From: the human T2T-CHM13v2.0 reference genome, Homo sapiens
Assembly: GCF_009914755.1 (NCBI RefSeq)
Contig: NC_060928.1
DNA: 64,000 nucleotides
Strand: one strand, 5' to 3'
The notes below the pieces were generated by a model. That model was not told where the DNA came from. It was given only the letters and a program-made list of their open reading frames with translations, and made no database searches. How positions within the stretch are numbered: the first letter of the stretch is position 1; every line of letters starts with the position of its first letter. Of the stretch, positions 13,404 to 26,320 are shown piece after piece. A program made the position numbers and the translations under genes.

Positions 13404-13774
13404 TGCTATCAGTCTGTTTTCACGCTGCTGATAAAGACATACCTGAGACTGGGCAATTTACAAGAGAAAGATGTTTAGTTAGACTCACAGTTCCACGTGG
13501 GTGGGAGGCCTTACAATCACCGTGGAAGGAAAGGGGAACAAGTCACATCTTACGTGGATGGTGTCAGGCAGAAAAAAAAAGAAGTTTGTGCAGGGAAAGT
13601 CCCGTTTTTAAAACCATTAGATCTCGTGCGACCCATTCACTATCACGACAACAGCACAGGAAAGACCCGCTCTCATAATTCAGTCATCTCCCCCGAGGTC
13701 CCTCCCACAACACATGGGAATTATGGAAGCTACAAGATGAGATTTGGGTGGGGACACAGAGCCAAACCATATCG
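13404..13774 (-). mobile_element. THE1 (THE1D-like) ERVL-MaLR solo LTR, sense to the gene
   Basis: Plus strand ends ggggacacagagccaaaccatatcg and starts near tttcacgctgctgataaagacatacctgagactggg. 5-bp TSD gtttc/gttcc. Confidence 0.9.
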
Positions 13775-13779
13775 GTTCC

Positions 13780-14420
13780 TAACTGGCTTCCCATTTGCCA
13801 ACCCATCTCAATATTTTATTCTCAACACAGAAGACGAAGTGATCCTGATGCAACCTAAGTCATGTGAAACCCCTCTTCTGACCAAACCCTCCGTGGCTTC
13901 TCATGTCTCTAAGACTAAAAGCTAAATCTTAAGAGTGCCTTACTAACCAAGGATCGCCATATAATTTATCATCCAAGCAGAACCTTTTTTGAGAGGGAGA
14001 GCGGATAGTGCACATAATCAGCTACTCAGGGATGAACCCAGACTACACCAGGCTAACTGGAATGTATGGTGGCCCTACACTTGGCCAACTTCATCTGACT
14101 CTGGCAACCCCTCATTCACCTATCTGAATCCTTCCCAATCAGTCTGATCTCCTCACTACTCCACAAAAATGCCAAGCATTCTCCTGTCCTCAGGCCTTTG
14201 CACTTGCTGTTTTCTCTTCCTAGAAGGTTCTTCTGCCAGAGGGCCACATGGATTGCCCCTTTGTCCCCTCATTTACTCAAGTGTCACCTTCTCAGTGCAA
14301 CATTTCCCAACTACTCTGGACACATTCTACACATTTTCCCTATCTTATTTTTCCCTTTGGCATTCATCTCCCTGACTCAACATATGTTTTAGTGATTTAT
14401 CTTCTTCATGAACTATCTAA
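13780..14420 (+). mobile_element. L2 fragment interrupted by MER94
   Basis: ctcaggcctttgcacttgctgttttctcttcctagaa and tgtcaccttctcagtg are typical L2 motifs. Confidence 0.7.
13949..14077 (+). mobile_element. MER94 (hAT-Blackjack) DNA transposon relic
   Basis: ccatataatttatcatccaag...ttttgagagggagag...gtatggtggcccta matches the remembered MER94 consensus. Confidence 0.7.
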
Positions 14421-14799
14421 AAGGGGAGGTCTGTGAGACCTATTTGATTATTATTGAGATACTTAGTATATAGGAGAGGCTTAACTAAAATGAGTTAGAA
14501 TGGTAACTAAAGAGTCTAATCCATCCTGATAATATAAGAATATATGGATTTTCATTCTTCTTTTGTTGTTGTTGTTGTTATTTTCTTTGTAATCCTCACC
14601 TCCTCCTATCCTCGGACAATTTGTCTTCTTAATAATGTTTAGCTTAGGCTATGATTCAAAATTATCTCACATTCATTTCACATATACCAGCTGACAGGCC
14701 AGGCAAGCAAGTGATATATTCTTAGTGGGGAAGAAAGAATATGAACAGCTACAGCTATAGAGGGCCTAATTCTGAAATGAACTCCTAGGCAGTGAATCT

Positions 14800-15110
14800 A
14801 TAGAAGTAAATGTAATGATCATCTTTTGTAAAAGAGGAAGTTTAAATGGGTCTTGAAAACGCAGAAATTTACCCAAATCTGTTGTCTGGAAGGATACTGG
14901 GACACATCATCAAGCAATCAATTTGCAAACATCTTGAAAGAGTCAAGATGCTTTCGTGAAGAGATAATCATGCCAGACAAACCTACTCTCTGACCATGCA
15001 GGAGTATTGACTCTCTAGTCAAGAGAAAACCATTGATGTAATCTATCTGAACTAGAGTGGTGACCTTCTTCATTCCATACCATATAACACACTCATCTTC
15101 AAGCTGGGAA
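14800..15110 (+). mobile_element. CR1/L3 LINE reverse-transcriptase relic
   Basis: Broken frames translate to GRILGHIIKQSICKHLE, SQDAFVKR*SCQTNL, IDVIYL and HNTLIFKL, collinear with CR1 ORF2 RT motifs. Confidence 0.8.
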
Positions 15111-16214
15111 TATATATTAATCTTATCCAGAAGTTTTTAAACTATGTTTCATAGAACTCTGGACACTAGAATAGCTGGTATAAGGATTTATTATAAATAT
15201 TATAGTGTATATTTTATGTATTTATATACCTTAATTCATAGCCAAAAGAAGTCATTTTTTTTTTTAGAAAACACACTCACGTGTGTTAACTTTCTTATCA
15301 TAAATACAGAAACACAGTGGAAACCATGACCAAATTAAGCAGCCAAATTGAATCGTTTTGTATTGTATTCAGATTTTTAAAAACCTTGAGAACTGAGGGT
15401 GAATAGTTTCAAACCTGGAGCCATTTTAAAATACTCATTTCTATGAAGCAGGATTTTCTCAATCCCCTTCAAACAAAACAAAGCACAAAATAATCAGTTG
15501 CTGTGATTGATGATAAGAACCTGCCATCATCTTAAATCCCAACTTGTACTTTTTCTGTTCATTTAAATAATGCCATAGTTCTCTTAGATAAATATTACTT
15601 TAATAAATAATAATAATAGTAAATAGCAGCTGATCTTTACTATTTTCTATATTCCTGATGTTGAGTTAATTTCTCTACATGCATTATTTAATGGAAACCA
15701 CCCATTTAACCCTATTATTATGTCCAAACTCACATGGCTAATGAAAGACAGAGTTGGATATTAAACCAGATATATCTGATGAAATATCATTCTCACTCCC
15801 TTTCTTTATATTTTGGGATTTTATGGAAGATATTATTAGAAAAATGAGTGGGCGTGGGCTATTTTATCTTCATATTGGGGACTAAGAAGTGAGTTAGAAT
15901 GACATAGCATGCATTTATTGCCAGCTAAAATCTAAGGTGGGAGATGCAAGTTACATGCCATGAGGCACAGTTGGCCTTCCATGCAGAAAGAGGAGGTTGC
16001 TTTGCAAATGATTCTCACTATTTATTGCTGGCTGGCCCAGTGTTGGTTCACAGCCTTTTTTTATCCTACTGGGTGTGATTTGCTCTTCTATTTGAATGTT
16101 CTTCCCTCTTTACATCTTTTGTTTCTATTCTATCCCTACTCAAAGCCTACCTTAAGCATTCCCTTCCATGGGATGTTTTTCAACAAGTCCAACTCTATTG
16201 ATAGCACCAAGTTT

Positions 16215-16599
16215 CCAATCTTTTATCAGAAAAACTTGGATCCATAGACAGAAATGCAGATTTCAAAGCCTCATCACAGACCACTGAATCAAAATCTCTA
16301 GATATGAGTTTCTGGGCTGCAGCACTGTTGACATATTAAGCCAGATAATCCTTTGTTTTGGGGGCTGTCCTGTGTGTTTTAGAATGCTTAACAGCATCCC
16401 TGGCCTCTACTCACTAGATGCCAGTAGCACACCTCCAGTTATGACTACCAAAATGTCTCCAGATATGCCAAATGTTTCTGGGAGGCAAAATTGCCCTCAG
16501 TTGAGAACAACTGCCCTGGGAGGTAGAGCCTAGGATTCTGTAATTTTGATAAGCAACCCAGGCGATTCTGATAATCAGGCAAGTTTGGGTAATTTGCTG
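16215..16599. mobile_element. MER5-type element with MER20 (about 16305-16513) nested inside
   Basis: The MER5 halves (aaatgcagatt...actgaatcaaaatct / aagcaacccaggcgattctgat) flank a MER20 core (agcatccctggcctctactcactagatgccagtagca...gttgagaacaactg). Confidence 0.8.
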
Positions 16600-17069
16600 T
16601 TTTGTGGCTGTTGAGTAGTGTGTAAATCAAGTTGAAATGTATGATTCCATCTATGCTAGATTTATTCTCTCTAACACATGTGATTCTAGATCTTAATAGT
16701 TATTATTAACACATTTTTATTTATTCAATGTGAACTATTTTTCCCAATATCTTACATTAATGTGCCTAGTTGTTTTATGGTCTGCCCTTCCCTGTTGATT
16801 ACAGCATATTGGTTATTCACTTCCCGAATTTGTTTTTGGCAGTCCTAAGGCAGCTCAGTCTTTATATTGCCAATCATTCTCTTTCTTCAACAACTTCTGA
16901 CTATCACCATTATCATAAAGTTCATTTCAGTTCTGGAGTCTATTTTATTACATAGTCTACCTGCTAAATGATTCTTAAGGATTTTCTTCTATATATTTTC
17001 ACAGAGGTCTTAAGCATTTCTCAACTTAAGATTTTTTAAAGGCCGTATAATATTGCTATATTATTTGAA

Positions 17070-17280
17070 ATAGGCAGTGAGGCAAAATACAGACTCCAAA
17101 GTTAGATTTCCTGATTTGGGGTCCTGAGTACATCACTTACAAGGTGTGTGACCTTCTGCAAGTTACTTAACCTTAATAAGACCTACAGTACAGGGCTGTT
17201 TTCAGAACTGACTGAGCTAATCCATGCAAATCATATAGAACAGTGCCTGGTATATAGTGAGGATTTATCTTTACTGCTAA
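17070..17280 (+). mobile_element. MIR SINE
   Basis: tgtgtgaccttctgcaagttacttaacct...agaacagtgcctggtatatagt. Confidence 0.7.
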
Positions 17281-17977
17281 TAACAATAACATTATCATTT
17301 TCATGCACTAAATTGAATTCAAAATAAGTGAGACAAAATATGGATTTGTTGAAAACAAATCTGAGGAAGAGATAAGACATGAACAAATGGAGTGAAAAAG
17401 GAAGAACACTGTACAATAAGCCTACACAATGTAGAAATTGTAAGGATGGTACCAAAATTACTAAATACATATTACTCAAAAATTCCTACAATTTGTATAA
17501 AATTCATTATCTCCCAGTTACTAGTTAAGGTTGAGATGCTAGAGTTAACAGGCATGGTTTGACATGATCACTGACTGCTTGCCAGTTATTACACAGAATG
17601 ATCACCTTTAATCCATACTCAGCTGAATTAAAATATCTATACCTGACACACCCTTCATTTGTGAACATACATGCAGACCAATATCATATTTACAGATACA
17701 TATACATAAGTATACATATATACATTTTTACACATACATATTACAGATACATATAAACATGCATATTTATGTGCGTATTTACAAATATTATATATATATC
17801 TTTATTTACACATATTTATTGAGTGCCTACTATGTACTATAATTTGTTTTCTAGGAACTTGCATTTTAGTTTGGTGGTGAAAGGATGGCAGATAATAATA
17901 GATTTTATATTTATACATCGGGAGAATACAGTATACATATGTGTGTATATATAAAACATAAACACACATACAAAAAA

Positions 17978-18078
17978 ATTATTTTTATTAGCCTCAGAGA
18001 GTTTATAATCTAGTCAAGGGAGTGAGACAGGAGCAGTGAAAATACAACTAATGACACAAGGCCATGTGTACATGACAA
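17978..18078 (+). repeat. 101-bp dispersed direct repeat, copy 1 (partner 27850-27950)
   Basis: 100/101 identical by manual alignment; the only difference is G17997 vs A27869. Confidence 0.95.
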
Positions 18079-18662
18079 CATATTATATTAGAATAATCAT
18101 AAACTATATTATATATTATAATATAATAATCTATAATATATTATAGATTATAATATGACAATCTATATTATTTATCATATAATAATATATAATATATTAT
18201 ATATATTATATATAATATAGAATATATTTATTATATATTCTATATTAATATATTATAATAATCATAATATATAATATAATAATATAATAATCACATAATA
18301 TAATCATATAATATATTATATATTATCACATAATTATATTGTATATTGTTAATATATAATAATTATAATTATATTATATAGTAATATATTATATTAATAT
18401 ATAATAATATATATCATATTATATGATATATATCATATATTATAATAATATATATCATATAATATATGATCTATCATAATATATGATATATATTATTATA
18501 ATATATGATATATCATAATATATGATATATATTATAATAATATATGATATATATTATAATAATATATGATATATATTATTATAATATATGATATATATTA
18601 TTATAATATATGATATATATTATTATAATATATGATATATATTATATACACACACACACACA
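18079..18662. repeat. AT-rich expansion with a 22-bp minisatellite (ttataatatatgatatatatta)n, ending in (CA)n
   Basis: The G of 'tgat' recurs every 22 bp at 18524, 18546, 18568, 18590, 18612 and 18634. Inverted 'tatcata' copies occur upstream. Confidence 0.93.
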
Positions 18663-20404
18663 TACATACAGAAAGAGAAAAAAAGAGGTAGCATTTGGAG
18701 CAGCAAAGCATAATAGCTAAGAAAGAAATGTTCTAGACAGGGAAAAGAGTAAGAGTAAGGGCCAAAGGCCCTGAGGGGGAACTTGCAATGAGTAAGAAAT
18801 TACTTTTTCATGGTTTACGTATAGGTATAAGCAGGAGGGGGGTGATAGGCAAAATATTTAACAAACATCGCACAAGAACATTGATCAATCAGAACAGCAG
18901 CACCAGGACTTTAGCACGGAGGCCTGCTGTGAATACCTCACAAAGCTCTGCTGTTACAAATTAGCAGACTACATTAACCCTAGGCATAACCAGTGTTTTT
19001 TACATTATGTAAGGAAGAATAATTTCCTATTACAACCTGTGAGTTCTCTATAAGATAGTATATTTGCTGACAAAAAGAAGTGCTTAGACGGCACCATCAC
19101 AGAGGTCAATGCTATTTGTTCATAAAGACTTAGCACCACAAGATAATATGTGAAACTGTGCAGCTGCAGATTCCTGACACTTGGATCTATATGGTATATT
19201 AAGATTGCGGACACTAAGATGCAGGTAACGTCAAATGATCTGATTACTGTAATATCCTGGCAATGGCATTAGAATGAGAGAAAATTGTCTCAAGGTGGTT
19301 GGAAGCTATTCAGAGGCAGGGTGTCCTTTCTGTGAGGCCATCTAGGGTGAAAGAGATCCAAGTGTGCTCCATGTTAATCCTCTGAGCCTTTCCAGCTCCT
19401 TTCTCCAAGAAACTAGGAGCCACTTAGAGCTTGGGATTGGGTCTTTGACTCCTTGACTAACTTTCGTATTCCACTAAAGTGCTCTGCACAGAGCAACGGG
19501 TTGTCAATAAATGCTTGCCGAACAAATACAATATGAGAAGTTCATCTTCTCAATGACTTTATATCTAAGTATTTTACATGGGTTTAGGTTTCCAAAGCAT
19601 CTGAGCAAGTTTGCAATCTCCTAGGATTTAGATACTGAGCTTCTTTTAATGCCAGACTGAGTGAACCCCTTGTGAAGAATCTTTAAATACTTCACACTGA
19701 ATCAATTCCAAATGCAGACTCATTCATGATTATCAGTGACTTATATGCATATCTGGAGAGCATGCACAGTGGAGAAGCATATGACATTGGGTTAGACAAA
19801 GCAGCTAATAACCTCAAAGGGGGATTTTAAAAGTGAGTTTGATAACAGGATAAAAAAGCACGTGTCCCTGTAACAGCATGGAAAATGACAAGACAGGTGT
19901 AAATGGATCTGGATAAAAATGTAAGATTTACAGAACGATGAAAAGGAAAAACATGCCATTTAATGCCTTGCCACATTGTGGCTCCTATAACGATAGGATG
20001 TAGTAACATGGAAACACTGAATAGTAAAAGCTGCGTGGTCAACTCTTCCAACAGTATGATGTTGGAGATGAGAAGCCTGACATCCAAAGGGTTAAACAAA
20101 CTTTCTCAATGTCCTCTGGTAACTGATCTAATTCTACATCTGTTTTGGAACTATTGGCTCCTTAGTTTTTCTATTATACCATGTTGCTTATCAGGAGAAT
20201 AAAAGGAAATAAGTGGCAAAGACTCTGTCTCTTACATTTGCCATATGCTTTCTTTAAAACTCAACATTGTTTAACCTACTGTAAATATATTACAATTCAT
20301 TAACCTCCATAGAAATACTGGATTGTATTTTCATGTCTGTGTGTTTTTAATAGATCACAAGCTTCCTGGGACTAGGAATCATGATCTGTGCATCAAAATT
20401 AGTG

Positions 20405-20560
20405 TCAAAAATTTTGACAAGAATTTTTTGAGCACCTAGCATGTGTCGGACACTCTTGACACTGGGGATATAGCGATGAACAAAATAATTAAAAATTCCT
20501 GCCTTCAAGGAGCTTATTCTGTTGGGGGAAGAGAGATGATAGACAAAATAAATTACTATA
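20405..20560 (-). mobile_element. L2 3' end fragment
   Basis: ttttttgagcacctagcatgtgtc...ctggggatatagcgatgaacaaaa...cctgccttcaaggagctta. Confidence 0.7.
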
Positions 20561-22655
20561 AACAAAATAAACAACTGTGAGAAATAAATGAAAGGAAAAA
20601 GCAATAAGAACTCTATTTGTATTTATGTAAAGCCAAAATAGATTTAAAAATCAGGCTTATTTACAAAAACAGGGCACAAATATTTTTTCTTAGAAAAGGT
20701 TTCATACTGGGATAAAGGTTTTCTTCTGACTCTTACAGAGTAATAGATGCTTGTAAAGTAGTGACTCTCAATGTTGGCTTTAAATTTAATCACATATGCA
20801 TTTAAAAAAATATGCTTGCCCCTTCCCTACACCCTTGAGCAATTAAGTCAGTATCTTTGGAGGTGGGAGTTAGTAGTTTTAACATCTTCCCAGGTGAGAT
20901 TCTAATAGAAGCCAGGACTAAGAATCACACCTGTAAAAGATTAAATAATAAAAACTTTGAGGAAAGGTGAGAATATTTGTTATGATCTAATGTGTAGGCT
21001 GAAGGAGAAGGCTTGCCCATCAGTGAGAACCAGCTGTGGCATACTGAGATGCCCAGAATCCCTCACATGTGCCACAGAACATGATGTTTTATCTTTGTCC
21101 AGTGCATACCAAGTCTGGCCCCTTGACCGAAGGAGTCTTCTTTCCTGAGTCACAGTTCTCTCCTCCATTACCACTCATACCCTGTTTCAGTACTTGTGAG
21201 TCCATGAAATGTCTTAAGTCATGAAATCTCTTTAGTGTATGATGGCAACACCCGCCAGCCAAAAGTCTTATTACAATGACTACTGCCATCAGATTGAACA
21301 CCTTTAAAAACAAAGAATCACAGATCACATTAGAGTTACCTCTGACCATAGGCTGTGTAAGCAATGAGTACCTGGGTTTAAAGATAAAAAGAAAACCAGG
21401 GAACTCATACTGTGAAATGCTTGATACCCATTAAAACAATTATATAGGTATACCTTTGTTAAAATGAAACATAGCCATTAAATATTATGAAACGAATCAA
21501 GACAGTTGTCAAATAGCACTTGTTCAGTCCATGATCTATGCATGGATACTGGAAAAAGCCTAAAAGAATGAATCCCAAAATATTACAAGAAGGTGAGATT
21601 TCAGATGACTTTAAGTCAATTTGTCTTTTTCCAGTTTTCTGTAATGAGCATTTTATTCTTAAAAATATATAAAAATAAAGAACCCCAGAGTGTGTTTGTG
21701 TATGCCATACATGAGAAAATGGGAAGAGAAATAGCTAAAGTGTGATTAAATAATTAATCAAAGTCAGCCCAGGTCTACACAACTTTGTGGCCCTGCTTTC
21801 AAATTGTCTTCCCTGGGCCTTAATTTTTTGATCTGTAAAAAGGCAGAAGTGAAATCTGCCATAGTTGTCCCATAAGGTTACAGGACATAAAAAATAGCAT
21901 GATCATTATGTGCTTTAAGGAAGAGTTAAGCAGCATTATATAAAAATGTAGTGCTAAATATTCATGCCTCTCAGATAAAATCATTCAAGCAATATTTACT
22001 GAATTCGTACCATGCTTATATAGTTACAAACTTGACTTAAATTTATTTCTTCCTCACAGCACCTCACAGTAGCAAGTAGACTATAACAACCGGCATAAAA
22101 ACAATGACAGCATTGGTCTGAGACTCTAGAGCAAAGCCACAGAAGCAGAAGAGAAATCATGATGCCCTCGAGCTAACCCTCTCCCAGAGTCCTCTTTGCC
22201 TGAGCTCCCATCAGTGGTTGTAGACAAACTTTCCAGGTCTGTTTGTGAGGATAATGTTAGCCAGCTGTAATCTCTTCAGGGGTGAAAGATCTGATGCTAT
22301 CAGCTAGAGGTGGCCCTGGAATAGATCTGCACACGATATGAAAACATAAGGCTTTAGCAATTGATAGCAAAATAATTCAGTGCCATTTCAGCGTCAATTG
22401 CTGCTCAATTTGTCCCCGGAAGAGCATTCAATATTCTTGAAACATTAACTCAGGACCTCTCATTTTTTGCTGCTGTTCCTATCAATATTATGCCCATTGT
22501 GAATATTTCCAAAGTAGTAGACTCAAAGTCTTATGGGATTTAGCCTTAGAAAAAAAGGGTTTCAAGTTACAATTCTGTCATATACAGGCCTGTGTCCTTG
22601 AGGAAGGCATCTGGGCCCTGGAATCCCAGTACTATCAACGTAAAAATGGAGACAT

Positions 22656-22998
<343 letters not shown>

Positions 22999-23908
22999 TC
23001 AGATAAAAATTTCCTACTATTCCTCTAATGATGTTCGTTATTTAAAATTGTTTTCAAAATGTTATGCTGGCAATAAAAGAACATAACTTAAGAAGGAACG
23101 CTAGGAAACCGTATGCCATGTGAACTTAATCTGTTACCTAAGATGAGCCATATCACAATCTTTAGCCCTGAATACATGGCCTTTCTACTTACATAATAAA
23201 TTGACTATCGCATAGCTGATAAAAAGGCTCACAGATATTGCCTTCAATTTGGAATAGCTGAACTAGGACAAAACTGTCATTTAAAAAATCAAAAACCACT
23301 GAATCATAGCAAATATAAACAGGGGATACAGATGAAAAAGAAAAGTTTATTGTGTTTGAAGATGATAAGGGAAGAAAAAATGGATTTATCTTACATAAAA
23401 ATAAGACTAGAGAGAATAGAACCTTTAGTAAATATAGCAAGCATTTTACTTTAATTCTGGATAATATTTTTAAAAAGAAAAGGGGCCATAATACATATTT
23501 AAGCTCTTTGAAGGTCATAGTCTTGTTTCATTTGGCTTTACTCATTTATTCCTTCTTGTATTTATTTGTAGATTTAGAATTTTTTTTTTTTTTTGGAGGG
23601 CAGGTGTTTCATGCATGTGAGGACACAGCAGTGGCCCTAACAGACACTGCTCCTGTCCTCATGATGTTTACAGAATCCTCGCTGCACGGTACAGTCATTA
23701 GTCTGTAATGTCGTATAATTATTTAAATGTTGAATGAAGGAAAAAAATAGACAAAAATGAAAATAAGAAGAGAAAGAAAAGAAAAAATCAGAACAGGGAG
23801 TTAGAAGGAGAATGGAATTATCCATAATTTTATTTTCGCTTTTTGATGGAAATGAAATACTCTTTTCATATCACACTGTTTGTTTGAGCTACGGGCTTCA
23901 GGAAATAA

Positions 23909-23988
23909 TTAGGTTGGTGCAAAAGTAATTGTGGTTTTGGTCATCACTTTCAATGGCAAAAACTGCAATTAGATTTGCACCAACCTAA
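23909..23988. mobile_element. Full-length MADE1 MITE (Hsmar1-derived, miR-548 progenitor)
   Basis: 80 bp, ttaggttggtgcaaaagtaattg...caattagatttgcaccaacctaa, with long terminal inverted repeats. Confidence 0.95.
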
Positions 23989-25638
23989 TGCTATCTTTGA
24001 AATATAAGTTAAAGGTTTAATCACCACTTGCAATGCTTGTACTGCTTCTTATACATTGCCAAGATCATCTTTGGGAGCTGTCGCTAAAATAAAGCATAAG
24101 AAGAGAAGCAAGAATTTTCTTTGAGCTTCTGTGACAGTGCTCAGAGTAATATTGTCATAAAGGCCAAGTGAAAACAACCACGATCTACCAGGGAACTAAA
24201 AGTAAACTCCTGCTTTGGTAGACACCAACAATTTCTATAAAGTACAAGCATGGCAGTAAAGTACAGCCTTCTTTCTAGCCTTGTTTCTAGTAGAAAATAC
24301 AGTGGGATACATGATCTTTAATGATTACATCTTTGGCCTTGAAGAAATAAAATCAAACTTATTTCAAGGCAAAGGCAGGAGAATTAAAATATCTAGGTTG
24401 AAAATTAAAGAGTGACAATAGCGGTCATTGATACGCTCTTGCTGTGCACTAGGGATACTGTCAAGCCCTTTCCACACGCCGCTTCCTTTTATCTTCATAG
24501 TGATAGTTTGAAATAACTATTAAATCACCTTTTTACGTATGAGAAAACTGAGGTTTAAAGAAGCTAAGTAACTCATTAAAGGTTACTTAAACATGTGTCT
24601 GAGTAGGAATTCAAATGCTGGTTCCCCTCTTTTCAGTGACCCTAACTTATCCAGAACATTTTTCAGGGCAGAATTCAAAACTGTTTTACCTTTATAGGTA
24701 TACATTTAAACTTAATTGTTAATTTTATTTTCAAGATCTCTTTGGGGGAAAAAGTAGCTCACTGAATATTCTAGAAAAAATGTCATGTGTTTCATTGCTT
24801 CTAATGAGTTGCTGCAGTTCAGAAGTTTCATTACATTCTGACAATTAAGTTGCTAATAAAGTGAGGAACCACTAATGGACTTATCCATCTCACAAACTCA
24901 AGATCCAGCTAGCAACCTAGAACACAATTTCATCACTGGAACAAAAATAATTCTCATTTTGCAATACACATAGTGATTCGATTTAATCTAGGTAAACTGC
25001 AGATTGCTCCTGCACTTGACATGATGTTCTGACTGGGAACATACACACACACATGCTCACACACATACAATATTAGTAACAATATGTTGTGCTGATGCAG
25101 ACTGTATTATCAGAACCAATGATAAGATGATAAGATATTGTTATGCTGGGACAATGCAATGGCTATGGACCCAATATCAAAAATTTATGGTAATTGAAAC
25201 CACAGAATCTTAGGAAATGCAGTCGATTTCATAGAGTATCAAAGGGTCACTCTATTCAATTTATATTTGAGGCTGAGCACAATATTGAAAAAACACGTGA
25301 AAGCAAATGATGTTATCAGTTGTCCAGGATTCAACAACTGACTTACTATCTAAGGTAATTTACTGATTACCAAATATGTGCATAACCTGTGTTGAGTCTT
25401 GTGCTTGGCACACCAGTTCTTGCAAAAAACTTAACACTGTGAACGCATTACTAAATATATCAACATTACCATATTAACTGCTCTGTTCAAGCTTCAGTAA
25501 GAGTGAACCTTTTTATTGTCTCATGTTTCACTAGTTACACCAAAGATTCTCTGAGATTTTGCTCTCTCTTCAAACTTTTGCTGTATGCTGTGTCTTACAG
25601 AAGCTATTTTAAAACAAGAACATTAAGTATACTACATC

Positions 25639-25800
25639 CAGTGCTTCTTTAACATTAATGTGCATATGAATCACCTGAAGATGTTGTTAAGATGCAGATG
25701 CTAATTCAGGAAGTTTAGGGTATAGCTTAAAATTCTGAATCTCTAACAAGCGTCCAGGTAATGCTCAAGCTGGTCCACAACCAAGAGTTTCAGAAGCCAG
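25639..25800. mobile_element. MER5-type hAT-Charlie relic
   Basis: cagtgcttct...tgcatatgaatcacctg...ttgttaagatgcagat...tctaacaagcgtccaggt. Confidence 0.75.
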
Positions 25801-25964
25801 GTTCTAGTTTTCTCCATCAATTCAGCACATTTTTCTACTTGTCCCCATCATGCAGGGCATAAATATTCTGTTCCATTACAATTAATCCCCACTAAGGAGG
25901 CAGACCACAACATTTTGAATTAAAATGTAGAATTATTTCATTCTTTCTAGCTCAAGTTTCAAAC

Positions 25965-26320
25965 TAGAGGTCTTCAGGAGGAACCAGTCCAGACATACGT
26001 TTCATTTGGTGAGCATGGTTTTGCCTACAAAAGGTTTTTAAACATTATTAGATTACTTAACAACAGTTATTGAACCGCAAATTGTATCTGAAATTTCTGC
26101 TTTTAAAAAATAAATCTGAAGATCTAGAGAAACTGGGATTTGAGGAGGAGCTGATCACTTTACAGAGAGGCTGCTCTCCTCAGATTTCCACTGTCTCCAC
26201 CCCTACAGCCCTGACATAGAATTTTCATGGCAGTCTTCATTGTACTTGCTCCCCATCAAGGCCACATCACTCATTCTCTTTCCTGCCTACCTCCCATCAG
26301 CACTGGAGTCACTCTCCTCT
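25965..26320 (-). mobile_element. Probable MER102 hAT relic
   Basis: Resembles the reverse complement of the remembered MER102 consensus (gaagatctag...actggg; cactcattc...cctgcct). Highly diverged. Confidence 0.5.

Noticed and set aside
13497-13925. 142-aa plus ORF
   Set aside because: Runs through a THE1 LTR into L2, starts at GTG, and has no recognisable domain.
18485-18646. CRISPR-like or other prokaryotic array/system
   Set aside because: The repeats are head-to-tail with no unique spacers, and the whole window is primate intronic DNA with no cas, tRNA or rRNA genes seen.
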